A stretch of DNA of 35,963 nt from Oopsacas minuta (GCA_024704765.1 JAKMXF010000046.1:1-35963); one strand, 5' to 3'. Counted from the first letter of the stretch, positions 24,070 through 35,345 are shown. Numbers and translations: made by a program. The notes: generated by a model from the sequence alone, not told the origin.

Positions 24070-24879
24070 CTGAGGAAGAGAATTATAGAATAAACTAATG
24101 ACAAGATATTACAAAAATACAGGTTGCTAATAATTTGTGGAATGTCCTGTAAACTACAAATGTATATTAGAAGTGTACACTTGATTTCCATTAATTCCAT
24201 ATTCATGAAGGTCAAGACATTTGGTATCAGAGTCAATAACAGAAATAGGCATTGAGGAAATTAAGTAACATCTGATTCCTGATCCTATTGGATTACAGAT
24301 GAGGGTTTACACGGGATAATAGTACGGTATTTTATGAAGAGCTATCATATTTGGATAACGAATCACGCTAAACCATAGAAAATATGTCAAGATAATTATG
24401 ATGCAAGTTTAAAGATATTGGAGTAGGAAAAACCTATCCATACAGAACACGAAAACACCTTAAGAGACCCTAAAACAGTACTAAGGGTACGGACTGGGTA
24501 GCCTTCCGCTAATACATTAAATTACGTCCCGAAATTCTAATATACTGTCAATGAGCTGGTAATATAATGTCCGTGACGCGAAATGTCTGTGAGACGAAGA
24601 GCAGTTTAACATTTCGTGATTTTTATCCATTCAAGTGGAAATATAATGAACATTCGATTTGGATACCAAAATCTAGAATGTACTAAAACAGGAGTTCCCA
24701 ACTTGTTCTGTATAGACTCCGATTGGATTTCATATGAGAATTGACAAAGGAGAAAAGGATTCCAATTCCCACGGCAACCCTGCAGATAATGGTGAATAAT
24801 ATCAGTATTCATGAGATTACCAAATTTGATGCAGAAATGAAGCTGAAACAAATTTCTAGCAAACAATAAGTTTACTTAC

Positions 24880-25127
24880 ATGAAGGACAGCAAGAAGCTG
24901 GTAACTCTAATGCTGAAGATGTAGCATCTTCTATGGTAATAGAATTGTCAGACTTAAGATCATCAAGAGTAGTATAATCTGTGTAACCCCACAAGCCACA
25001 ACAACTGAGTCTAATCTGAAATCCATCCAACACATTCGCGGGATGGTCAATGCTGATAGCGTCCCCTATGTAATCCAAGTAGAGACGTTTCAATAACTCT
25101 ATAGCTCCATTCTCAAAATCATCATAT
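24880..25127 (-). CDS. Tetraspanin exon 2: EC2 with CCG and PxSCC
   Basis: FQIRLSCCGLWGYTDY...LPASCCP. Acceptor GATTTAG ends at 25128 (phase 2); donor T|GTAAGT at 24879 (phase 1). Confidence 0.92.
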
Positions 25128-26059
25128 CTAAATCGATCATAGAATTAGAGAGGGAATATATTATAGTGAATCTATAGGAAATCTTCTGATTTAGGTTTTT
25201 AACAGTTGTACAACCTGCTTTAGGTTTAGAAGAATTATATAGATTATTTAAATAATTAATTAGTTAAGAAAATATGTTTAAATATCCATTCGCGTTAACT
25301 TTTGCTCCGAATCGCGTCAATTTCCGTCCCGATAATTTCATTGAGTATATATATATATATGTTGAATCACTGTACGAAATCCAAATAACTCCCGAGATAT
25401 GTGATCAAAACAAGTTAAGATGACGTCATACTCAATTTAGATTGTACTGTTACCTGCATTACTGGAACCATGGATATTCATAGTACATGACAAAGTTTGG
25501 AAAGCGATAAAAAGCCTTTTCAACAAATTGGGGAATTATTTTAGCCAAGTTCGGCCAGTCTGGGAATTGACTTTGGTAAACACTGCACAAATAGACGGTC
25601 TATAAATTCGTAAATTCTTCTACTAATATTTTAGTCAAATTCAGATGCGTACAATTATAAATATCTGAATTGCTGCTGATAGCCAAAGAATGAGATGCTG
25701 TAGCTGTATTTCCGGTAGTGTCGGTGATAACAATAATACAGCTATAGCGATTTGGACATATAACAGTGCAATAATTTATGGTACCGTAAATGGGGCTACT
25801 TTGGTCCAATTATTGAATATTCTTGAATTATCGATATGATTCAGTATTAAACTTTAAAATGATAACGTATAATTTGAATATTTGATTAGAATTTGGTTGG
25901 TCATTTTGAAGTTTATACTGAATCGTTTCGAAATTTCCCACTGCGTATGGTAAACCACACCCAGTGGGCCAGAGTAGCAGTCAAAACTACAACCATGGCC
26001 TCCGGAATCTTAATTAACAGGCAATTCTCCAAGAAGAAATCTAGATAAATAATACTCAC

Positions 26060-26436
26060 CCTCCATAAGCAGTTATAGAGCTAGAGAGATTGAGTCCGGA
26101 TATCACTAATAGCAGTACTGCATACGCTATCATGAAGCCTATACCAATACGCTGGAACCCATCCAGGAGTCCAATGAAGGAGCCGAGTATTCCTAGGATA
26201 GCTACGAGCACTTGAATAACTCCAGCAGTGATCAACAGGTTAGCTCCTGAACTGTAGTCTATCAGGTTTATAGGAGTATTACTGAAGGAGTGGTTGAGAC
26301 TAGCATAGTGATTAGTGGTCATGTGTCCATATGCACCCATGATAGCACTGATTATACCGAAAAAGAAGAGCCATACTGATAGAACTGCTTGTACTAAATT
26401 GGCGACTTTCTGTTTCTTGCTTGATTCAGAGTTCAT
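26060..26436 (-). CDS. Tetraspanin exon 1 (TM1-TM3)
   Basis: Three hydrophobic helices with the short TM2-TM3 turn typical of tetraspanins; donor GG|GTGAGT at 26059; spliced total 325 aa. Confidence 0.9.
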
Positions 26437-27236
26437 TCTAATCTAAGAGTTGTCAATTGTATGAATTGGGAAATATTACACATATTTTGTAAGGATTTCC
26501 CTTGTATGCTATATTAGAGGAATTATTTCCATAACAAAATTGACTCTTAATCTCTGAAAACAAATTTAGCTATTATGCCCTGACAGGGTTAAGTATAAAT
26601 TAAGTATCAACTCATTTTGAGTTGGCAAAAAACTCAACGTTTGTCTACCAAGTCTTGCAAATTTTGTACGTGTCATATCCCCTGTCTGGAACTCGCATTT
26701 TCCCCTCTACGTTGGACAAAATCACTGTACACCCCAATATATTTTCTCGCTCGCTCGTCTATTGAATTATTGTCCAAATACACCAACAATTTCACTAAAC
26801 AAATTGAATATATGCAGGGGGGATTCTTCGTTAGAATCTGGTTTGCGACGTGACAGTTCATGCTATTTACAATGAATATAATTCCTATGTAAGAAATCTA
26901 AATAAAACATGTAGTATCTGTGAAACCAAAGTAACACAGGGAATTCGTATAGGCTTAATAAGAACTGTTAATTAACACAATGAAATGTACATGTTTTAGC
27001 CATTATTAGACTCACAAGTCACAATCAGTAAGTTTGTCTCAAATAAAAATCCCTGTACACCAGTACAGGACAACCAAAAGGGCAAAATCACTGTATTGTA
27101 CAAGGAAAGGAAGGAATCCCTGACGGTTGACAGGTATGAATTTTCCTTTATGCTACCAGATTCAGGTACTTTGTTACCCATATTAGCCTATTTGTCTGTT
27201 GATAGCAAGTCTCTACAATTATATCAAGATTTCAAC

Positions 27237-27598
27237 TATTAGTTTACTTTATATTCATGCATATAAACACCAATAAATGTATATGTATGTATGAAAAGCG
27301 AAATTCGGATTGAGCATACTTGATTATCCTCGGCGTCCCTAAATGTCAATTATGTTTGGATTAATATGGCCCATAGGAATCGGCTATCAAGAGATGCCCT
27401 GTCACGTAAAATTTTGGTCCCCCTGATTTTAATCAATTAATTAAATTGCAATTGTTGTGTCTGTTTGTTCGTTGTCAAGGAAAGGATTTAGGGTATGTTA
27501 TATTTAATTCGAATTCCTCAATGTTGGGATATCGCATAACTATGTATTTATCGTTTCACTAAGAAAGTAAACAGAATTTAATAAAACTTGGCGAAATA
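27237..27598. repeat. Rearranged family A copy: left part in plus orientation (27237-27325), right part inverted (27445-27598, resuming at 28002)
   Basis: TAGTTTACTTTATATTCAT...CGGATTGAGCAT matches 9426-9500; TTGTCAAGGAAAGGATTTA...CGCATAACTATGTATTTATCG...AATAAAACTT matches 30730-30830. Confidence 0.75.
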
Positions 27599-28001
27599 GA
27601 GTCAACTCCATTGGGAAAACTCTGCTAATCGAGTGAAAATTGTTAACTCAATCAAGACGAAATTTCTCTTTGATTTAGAAAATTCTAATAAGCTACATGG
27701 ACAAAATTTGGATAAATATAGGCTAAATTTGGGATTAATATGGCCAAAATATTTACTAATGATTGTTATCAACATTGATTCACAGAAGACACTAAACGAT
27801 CAGAAAATTTCATAGTTTGTCTTTGGACGGGTTTACTAAACAATAGAGTAGTTAACTTGCTTTGGGGACTCTTCGACTGAAAAAATAGAATAATGATGCT
27901 CTTTAGTATCATTATTAGAAATCTCCGGTTAATTTGAAACTCCAGTTAATCTGGACAAAAGGGGCTGGAACCGATGTATCCCGATTAAGCGGAGTTGACT
28001 G
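27599..28001. mobile_element. Tc1/mariner(pogo)-type MITE family C, 403 bp, inserted in family A with TA duplication
   Basis: TA|GAGTCAACTCC...GGAGTTGACTG|TA. The interior matches 35148-35345, and the right TIR is the exact 17-bp complement of CAGTCAACTCCGCTTAA at 35148. Confidence 0.85.
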
Positions 28002-29044
28002 TATATTGAACATTCCGATGTTCACACTTTTGAATTTTTAAAGATAAACTGGATTTGTTCGTTCACTGTGCTGTATATTATGTTCGCCTTTCAAAATTGT
28101 AACGTGGGTCAACATAGTGAATTGTTTCTACTATGATAAGAAGAACTACTTCTTTGAACCTAATTATTTCTGTACCATATATGGAGTTGTATTTTGACTA
28201 CACAATAGTACTTTCGTCCAACAAGTGACTATTCACGGGGAGATGAATCAATAGAAAGTGGATTTGAACTAATATACTGCTTCAGATTCATTATCGACCA
28301 TGGGGGTGGAATCAAGCGTTTGAGTATTCCAAATTGAAAATTGTTTGTGTTTCGATCTCTTTTCTAAAGCTTTCCCTATCTGGCTCCGTGTTGATATGCT
28401 GTACTTTTTCAATAGGTTTATATGGAACTAAGAAAGTAGGGAGTATTAACCTTATTGCATTTTATTAATGTTCTATCGTTGATAACTCTTATTAACTTAC
28501 CTAATTTGCCCGACATAAGAGTTGCATAATGAGCCATAGCTATATGTGAGCCATAGCTATATTGTGCATATGTAAATTAGTGATTTTTGAATTTCCTTTC
28601 GTGAGCTTAGTTTTTATTTCAACAACTGTAGTTGATGGATGATTGCTTCGATGACAATGTGTTGGTCAAGCTTCCAGAAATGCTTATGGCACAATTTACA
28701 ATAATTCTTGGTATTGTGATTCATTGTGTCTCTATTTGGCCAACAGTTATTATTGAGTGTCTTCTTGATTTTTATTTCATTTATGTTACGGGAGATGTTG
28801 GCTAACATCATCTTCTGTAACATTATATGAGGAGAGGGGTTGGTTAACCGAATAAAGGGGATTGTTAAACTTGTTTGAATGCTATATGAGAGCAACCGGC
28901 TAACCTCTGTTATTTAGCAATATGTTTGTTGACTAAAAATGAGAATATCTATTATTTATTCATTATGATTATATCTGATAAAAGACGATAAACTGCTAAT
29001 AGAAATAGTATCAGTCAACCTCCCAGCTTCGTTGGCTACATATA

Positions 29045-29321
29045 CAGTAGAACTTCATTAATCTGAACAGGCCCTAAAGCTTATACAACCTTTGGAAAAT
29101 GTATTAAAATATTCAAAAAGACCTAATTGTATCCAATTGCATACGGAGATCAGACAAATACGTACATAATAAACTATATTAGTTACACATGTTACCAGGC
29201 TTTTCAACGTTTGTACAACAATTGAATTTACTTCCTATAGTATTATTTCAATGCATTTCACTAATCCGAAAGAATTATTTGTAATTGGAATAGCGCTGTT
29301 CGAATTAGCGAGGGTATACTG
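29045..29321. mobile_element. Tc1/mariner(pogo)-type MITE family B, copy 2
   Basis: TA|CAGTAGAACTTCATTAATCTGAAC...GTTCGAATTAGCGAGGGTATACTG|TA, collinear with 10375-10649. Confidence 0.82.
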
Positions 29322-29580
29322 TATATATTATAAAAACCTCATTAATGTGTATATGCTTGTACGTTAGTATGTTTCTTTGTCCAGTTTGTATCATAGTAAT
29401 GTGGGAATACAACTTGTTATAATTTTGGAATAAATATAAATATATATATCTTTCTGTCAACGATCTGTCATGTCATTTCCTTCCCTCCTGCTGACAACTG
29501 ACATGAATGCTTATACTGTAAATTATGTAATGACGATCTATTGTAATACAATAGAGCCATAATATTAGTAAAAGCATAAG

Positions 29581-30525
29581 ATGAGTAATAAAATCAGAGA
29601 AATTTTATGTGTAGATATGACTGATAGGAGAGACAGGGATAAACAGGAGTTGTGTGATAATATACACTGGACATGGGACACTATAGGGAGAGAGAAGTCA
29701 GTACGGATGAGTATTCAGATGCAGCTAGCACATTTTGATAGGAAGCTAGTGGGGGTGGAGAAGGAGATAGACAAACTTAATCTAGATTTAATGGAGTTGG
29801 AGAAGAGAGCTAAATCCCAAGAGAGAGAAGGGAGAGAGGCAAGAGAGGAGAGTAAGATAATGAGATTAGAAGCAGAGGGTTGGGAAAGGAGAGGTGATTC
29901 TGCTATAAGAAAGTTATTAGAACTAGAATATGAACAAGATAGAAAGATTAATCAGATTGAAAGTGAATTGAAACAGGAAGTAGCGAGAAGATTAGATTGC
30001 TATACGAATCTGGATACCAAGATACATTCAATCGCTGATGAAGCAGAAAAGAAGAGAATAAATCTGGAAGAAGCTTGTAAGATTGACAAAAGGGAATCTG
30101 ACAAGATATTGAGGAAAGAAATATCCAACTTAAAAGAAGAGAACGACAAGTTGAAGAGAGAGTTAGAAAATCAAATAGAAGAGAGTAAACTAAACATGAA
30201 GTTTCTAGTGGAAATGAGCAGGGAAGAAATGGAATCTCTAGAGTTAAGGTTACGTGACTCTATAAGGGATATGAATGATGAAAATATAACCAACAAAGAT
30301 AGAATTATAAGAATAGAGAGATCAATCTTAAAGAAGCGAGATGAAGAATCGTTAGAATCATTGAAGAGAGAATTGGATAAAGTTAAATCTGAACAGAGAG
30401 CTGGTCTAGCTGCTATACAGTCTTGTATGAAACTTATTTACGAAGTTATCAATAAGAAAATCGACCTACACGACACGAATCTAATCTACCACATTAATAA
30501 GATGTACCATCTTAATTCTAAGTAA
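29581..30525 (+). CDS. Single-exon coiled-coil protein, 314 aa, FAM81-family-like
   Basis: Long heptad-rich ORF with an in-frame stop upstream at 29569. C-terminal EQRAGLAAIQSCMKLIYEVINKKIDL...L...I..M aligns without gaps to the FAM81A C-terminus as I recall it ([26 protein letters not shown]...L...I..M). The CDS call is secure; the family call is tentative. Confidence 0.6.
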   Translation: MSNKIREILCVDMTDRRDRDKQELCDNIHWTWDTIGREKSVRMSIQMQLAHFDRKLVGVEKEIDKLNLDLMELEKRAKSQEREGREAREESKIMRLEAEGWERRGDSAIRKLLELEYEQDRKINQIESELKQEVARRLDCYTNLDTKIHSIADEAEKKRINLEEACKIDKRESDKILRKEISNLKEENDKLKRELENQIEESKLNMKFLVEMSREEMESLELRLRDSIRDMNDENITNKDRIIRIERSILKKRDEESLESLKRELDKVKSEQRAGLAAIQSCMKLIYEVINKKIDLHDTNLIYHINKMYHLNSK

Positions 30526-30699
30526 GACATATCTCTCATACTTTATAAATAATATCTAGAATTGAATATAAGCCCATAAATAAATTCGATTCTACACTTT
30601 AAAATATTTTTCTCAATCAATAAGTTGTCCATGCCTGAATTAGAACGAATACGGTATATACTTATAGCAGATAATCTATAATTCTATATTATTAGATCT

Positions 30700-30930
30700 C
30701 ATTTGTTGTTCGTTTGTTTGTTAATTGTCCGTTGTCAAGGAAAGGATTTACGGTATGCAATTATGAAATTATCGCATAACTATGTATTTATCGTGTTTAT
30801 TAAGGAAGTAAATAGAATTTAATAAAACTTCACTAAATATATCGAACATGCTGAATCCTATTGTCATACTTTGGGATTAATCATACATAAATTTATTGTT
30901 GTTTTTATGAATATAAAGTAAAATAAATTA
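30700..30930 (-). repeat. Dispersed repeat family A, inverted copy
   Basis: Reverse complement of 9421-9650 along its length. Confidence 0.85.
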
Positions 30931-31405
30931 TCCAAATCGCAAAATAACGTTTTCGGAACGCACTCAAGCTCCACCAGCCTGGCCTAAAAAATGGAGCCGC
31001 GCTCGCACCTCCGCTCCTTTCACAGAGAAGGAGCACACTCCCGCTCTCCCTCCTGAAAAAATGGAGCGACGCTCCATTTTAGCGTCCCTGATTCATAAGT
31101 AGATATATGCAAAAAGAGGTGTCTGGACATAATTTAGAGTTTGGTGGGAAAGCAAACCTCGACATGTCATGTTGTATCAGTGACATTTGACAGATTTGTT
31201 GAAAAAGTAATAGGATCGATTAAATGTATTTCAAAAATAAAACTAAGCCGGAACAGTTTTAGCGGACCAAATTCGTGAGAGCCCATTTCACTAATGGAAA
31301 TATATTGATAACGTACATGCATATGATTAGCTTAATAATAATGACAAGTTATAGTTTAAAGATATACAATCATAAATTAACATATGAATAATACATGATG
31401 ATAGG

Positions 31406-32588
31406 TCATTTGGATCTTAACAAGACTTCTAAAGACTCATAATTAGACCGAAATCTAACACGACGGATAAATCGAGCATAGAAGAGTTGATAGCCTTTCA
31501 GTAGAATTGACATGATGAGAGGAATAATAATAACTAATACAGATAGAATGTAGAACAGATTATTAACCTTTGCGATGTAGTAAATCGTTTGGAAGAGGAT
31601 CATCTGTTGCCTTGAAGTAGTTAAAATTGATTCATAACTTAAGTTGTATATAAGTGGAAAATAACATTTCACGAAATAAAGGATTGAAGATATCCAGAAT
31701 AGCAATTCTTCAACTACACATGCTAAAGCCAGCAACCAAATGAAGAGATTAAGATACCGGAGGTTATTCTGAATCTTCTGAATTGCATTAATTCAATATT
31801 ATTGCTTCCATACTGTAAGAGCCGTTGAGTAGAGTACTGTTGTAATGCCAAACGTAATATATTTCTATGTACATTGAATCGATAAATGTAAAAAACCCTA
31901 TTACAAATCCAAAGGGCATACTAACTATTCTTGTATAGGATATTGCAGTTAAAATCATTAATATGATTATGATAATTAAACTGTTACCAATCCACATAAG
32001 GAAACTTCTCCTTTCTCTTTCCCATGCATCAGGGAATTTCATCTGGTAAGAAATCAATTCCATGAAACTAATTCCTATACCAATGCTCAATAGAACCAAT
32101 CCAGACGGAAATGCATATCGGATCTGTGTAAAAAGGTAATTTTCGAAATTGGACAATTGGATATATTTGGTTTTGTTGATCGCGTCACACAAGTCGATAT
32201 TCTCAATCAAGTTATGATTGAATTTAAGAGTTAGATAACTTTCAGGCACAAACTTACACGACTAAACAATTACAGCAGCTATGGTCTCCAGTATGCTTAA
32301 TATTATCAAGAGAACACATTTTACTTTATCACAGAGTAGCTTAGGCAAGAGAATCAAATATCTATAATTATATATATCATCGTTTTTACTACTTTTCAAA
32401 GATATTTTCGTGATTCCATAATTTGCTTTAGATTTCCTAAATCTTATAGTAAGATACAAAAGCCAAAACGAACTCAATGCTAATGTCAACAACAACAGAC
32501 TTGAATAAAAGAGAGAGTACATTAGTACGTAAATAGACATCTTTCAAAATAATAATCGTGAAGAAACAAATTTGCCAATCTGATCCAT
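31406..32588 (-). pseudogene. Disrupted intronless orphan 7TM (GPCR-like topology) gene
   Basis: ATG at 32588, then in-frame TGA (32546..32544) and TAG (32264..32262), then frameshift(s) around 31830-31740. The pieces join three ORF-track fragments into ~390 codons with seven hydrophobic segments. No family motif recognised. Confidence 0.75.
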
Positions 32589-33437
32589 GAGATGTATTTA
32601 TATAAACAGAATTGTAAGGATAACCAAGTATAAGGTAATTTATCCTTTATAAAGAGAATATTACGGCTAAAATAGTGCGGAATAAATTTCCAAATATAGA
32701 CATATATTATGAATGTTACAACTCAGCAATATTGTAAAAAGCCAAGAATCAATTTTTGGATGATATTATATCAGCTGTTAATTGTTTCATTGGAACGTAT
32801 TGATTTCCTTTCTGAAAAGCGAAAAAGTTACAGCAAATCAAATGTGTTCTCCATAACGTATCAGTATGTCATTTTAACCGAATACGGTAGGAAAAATGTG
32901 TGATTTTATGACGTCAAAAAGGTGAAAATTCTCGGTTATAGTGCTCCTTTTATATCGAGCGTAAAGCTTCAGCCGTGATCGATCATATTAGAGTAATTTT
33001 GGATATTGCTGTGTCATGAGGCAGTCATTTTACGCCTTTTGAAACCACAATAGCAAAGAGAGGCTCAGCCACTCCTGCCATGCCGGGCTCATTTCAGAGT
33101 AAGTGTGCTTTGCTCTCTCAGTTTTGTAGAAATTACTTCTCAAATGAAAATAAAAAAGTAACTCCTACTTAGAGCTAATTTATTCGAAAAATCCTTGTTG
33201 GCAAAAATTCGAAAAAGTTACATTGAAATTTACACATTTTGCAATTTAGAAAAAATTAATAGCAATTTAAATTCAAACAAATACAGACAGTATTCTTATG
33301 TCAAAAAATCAAACTTGAAATTGAAAGACAAGCGTAAGGATACCTAAGGAGTAGGTACTGCTACGTTTAGTAGACAATGAAGTGTTTACAGTAGAATCTC
33401 TGAGATCAGGACAGATTCCGCTGTACTATGGTACTGA

Positions 33438-33960
33438 CTAATGAATAGTAATATAAGTTTCACAATTCTTATAAAGAATGATCAGTATTGGATAATGCAA
33501 ATTACTAAAATACGATTTCGGGATTGAGCTAACGAACTTGTGTTTATTCCAAATCTCTTTATTATACTTCTCATCAACTTTAACAAGAAATATCTCAGTA
33601 GCTAGCTCACAGAATGTATTCAGAGTATCCCCTCTGTTAGGAGCTAGAAGCATTGCCAATGACGTCACACATAACTTGTGTAGATGCTGTATTACCCGCT
33701 AAGATAACTTTGCAGTTATCCACAGACATTTCGTTGCCATCCGATATGAGAACAAGTTTAAGTTGTTATGTGAGCGCTGCTACCAACCCAGCTAATCCAG
33801 TCATACCTCCTCCGAGTTCACATATACTTAGACCATGTTATTCCTCGTTACTCGTCAGCATAAGGTAGGCTAGTACCTGTTAAGCTGGCCAGATACAGAT
33901 GTTACCAGTGTTATCAAATCCTACAAGATCTTGTATACACACTACACCTGTTAGCAACTT
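33438..33960 (-). pseudogene. CAMKMT: Calmodulin-lysine N-methyltransferase pseudogene with three in-frame TAA stops and an internal deletion/frameshift
   Basis: IQDLVGFDNTGNICIWPA*QVLAYLML...*HGLSICELGGGMTGLAGLVAALT*...VLISDGNEMSVDNCK // AMLLAPNRGDTLNTFCELA...YFSNLHYPILIILYK matches the CAMKMT motifs FDNTGNVCIWPSEE, CELGGGMT.LAG, DGNE, APRRGNTL and LHYP. Stops at 33880-82, 33838-40 and 33766-68. Confidence 0.92.
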
Positions 33961-34421
33961 ATTTCGGTACAATTGCAGAATCTTACACCCCCAACTTTTT
34001 AAATGTGGTCAAAAATCCCTATATGCACCGTTCAAGAACTCGTTGAGAGAAGTTGATAGAGCTAAAGAAATCCAAAATCGGATTAAAATTGACAAAGTTA
34101 CGAAAAATTTACTCCCTAAGCCAAATCCTATGGGGAAAATTGTATTACCCACTATAGTCAAATTGTATTGATTTATACATTACAATTACCATAGGAATGC
34201 TCATACTGTTGATATTGCGGTTATACACGCTTGTTACTCTACTCTTTCATGCTCATTTGTTTGCTATTCAGTGTATTTCACTGCAGGTAATTTTGTTACT
34301 TTAAAGGAAAGCTGGTTATTACATAATTCTGTCTGCAACACTAAATATACAATGCAACATTTCATTTCATATTATGCATGCAACTAAATTGCATCCTGTA
34401 TGTGAAGTCGTTCAAACGTAC

Positions 34422-34645
34422 CATACTTGCCAACTGTTCCGTTGGTTGGCGGGACACCACGATTACTCGCCCCGAATATGTGTTGACTGCCAATGAGGCT
34501 AATGTCCAGCCAAAACTTGACAAAACCCTTAATTGTCCCTCTATTTTGTAGTCCAGTCTAATACAAATATGCTGCATCCGACGATGTCCCGCTCAATTAG
34601 CCCCTTCTGTCCCGCATTTTATCTTCACTCATGTTGGCAAGTATA
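34422..34645. mobile_element. MITE with a perfect 12-bp TIR core (hAT-like, tentative)
   Basis: ATACTTGCCAAC (34423-34434) / GTTGGCAAGTAT (34633-34644), with subterminal GGGACA/TGTCCC motifs. No clear TSD. Confidence 0.6.
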
Positions 34646-35147
34646 GGGTTGACACTTGCCCTGTAATACCCCGATAATGTTTAGCCAGTGCAGAGCAAAA
34701 GTATCAAGTTTTGGATAGCTAATATAATACGGGTGGTATTTCTTGCCTGAACCAAATGTGCGGGGTCAAGTGTTTATTATAGATAAACTTGAGCAAGTGT
34801 AATCAGTTTGTAACTGCAACACATTCTCATTATAACGAAGTGTTCTGGACTGGTACGGAACCCGGTTACATTTCGTGATCTGCAGCATTAGGATATATGC
34901 GGAGTAAGATCAATACTTTCAAGCTGGAGGAGGTTTGTGAATCACTTTGTTATAGCGTGAGTTTAGTCATATAATTGATGGTAGCTTATAACGGAAGTTT
35001 ACAGTACTGGACCTTATGAGGTCGTGTAACAGGTTCGGCGGTCGCTCCGAACCAATAATTAGCAATGTATATTAATGGTGAGATGTGATGAATGCTGCAA
35101 CAGTAAGTTTGTGATTCCTGCGTCCCTACAATGCCAGTATTATTAGA

Positions 35148-35345
35148 CAGTCAACTCCGCTTAATTAGGACAAATTTAGGTAATCGAGTGAAATTAGTAA
35201 CTCACTCAAGACGATTTTCTCTTGATTTAGGAAGTTGTAATAAGCTACGTACTAGGTACATCGCTTAATTTGGGATTAATGTGGCCAAATCAAATTCTAT
35301 TTACTAGTTATTGTTATCGGAAGACAATATAACGATCCGAATGAG
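35148..35345 (+). mobile_element. Truncated copy of MITE family C
   Basis: Starts with TIR CAGTCAACTCCGCTTAAT; the interior TAATCGAGTGAAA...CAAGACGA...TAATAAGCTAC...TTTGGGATTAAT.TGGCCAAA matches 27620-27760. Confidence 0.8.

Noticed and set aside
24606-24870. Plus-strand stop-interrupted frame faintly like a hAT dimerisation domain
   Set aside because: Similarity is too weak to support without a profile search.
25600-25809. ORF and a hydrophobic alternative frame in tetraspanin intron 1
   Set aside because: No usable splice pair or recognisable motif; the tetraspanin exons already join in phase without it.
28614-28895. YCKLCHKHF as a BED zinc finger
   Set aside because: A single CxxC with no correctly spaced second ligand pair and no transposase context.
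29581-30525. Coiled-coil ORF as a LINE ORF1 or gag protein
   Set aside because: No RRM or zinc knuckle, and no downstream endonuclease/RT ORF or LTR.
2704-30525. AP2A, ATR, tetraspanin and FAM81-like genes as a functional cluster
   Set aside because: They belong to unrelated pathways, are separated by kilobases of TE debris, and share no visible regulatory motif.
33766-33882. TAA reassignment or read-through rescuing CAMKMT, since all three stops are TAA
   Set aside because: TAA, TAG and TGA all terminate intact genes in this window, and the gene also has a frameshifting deletion of core motifs.
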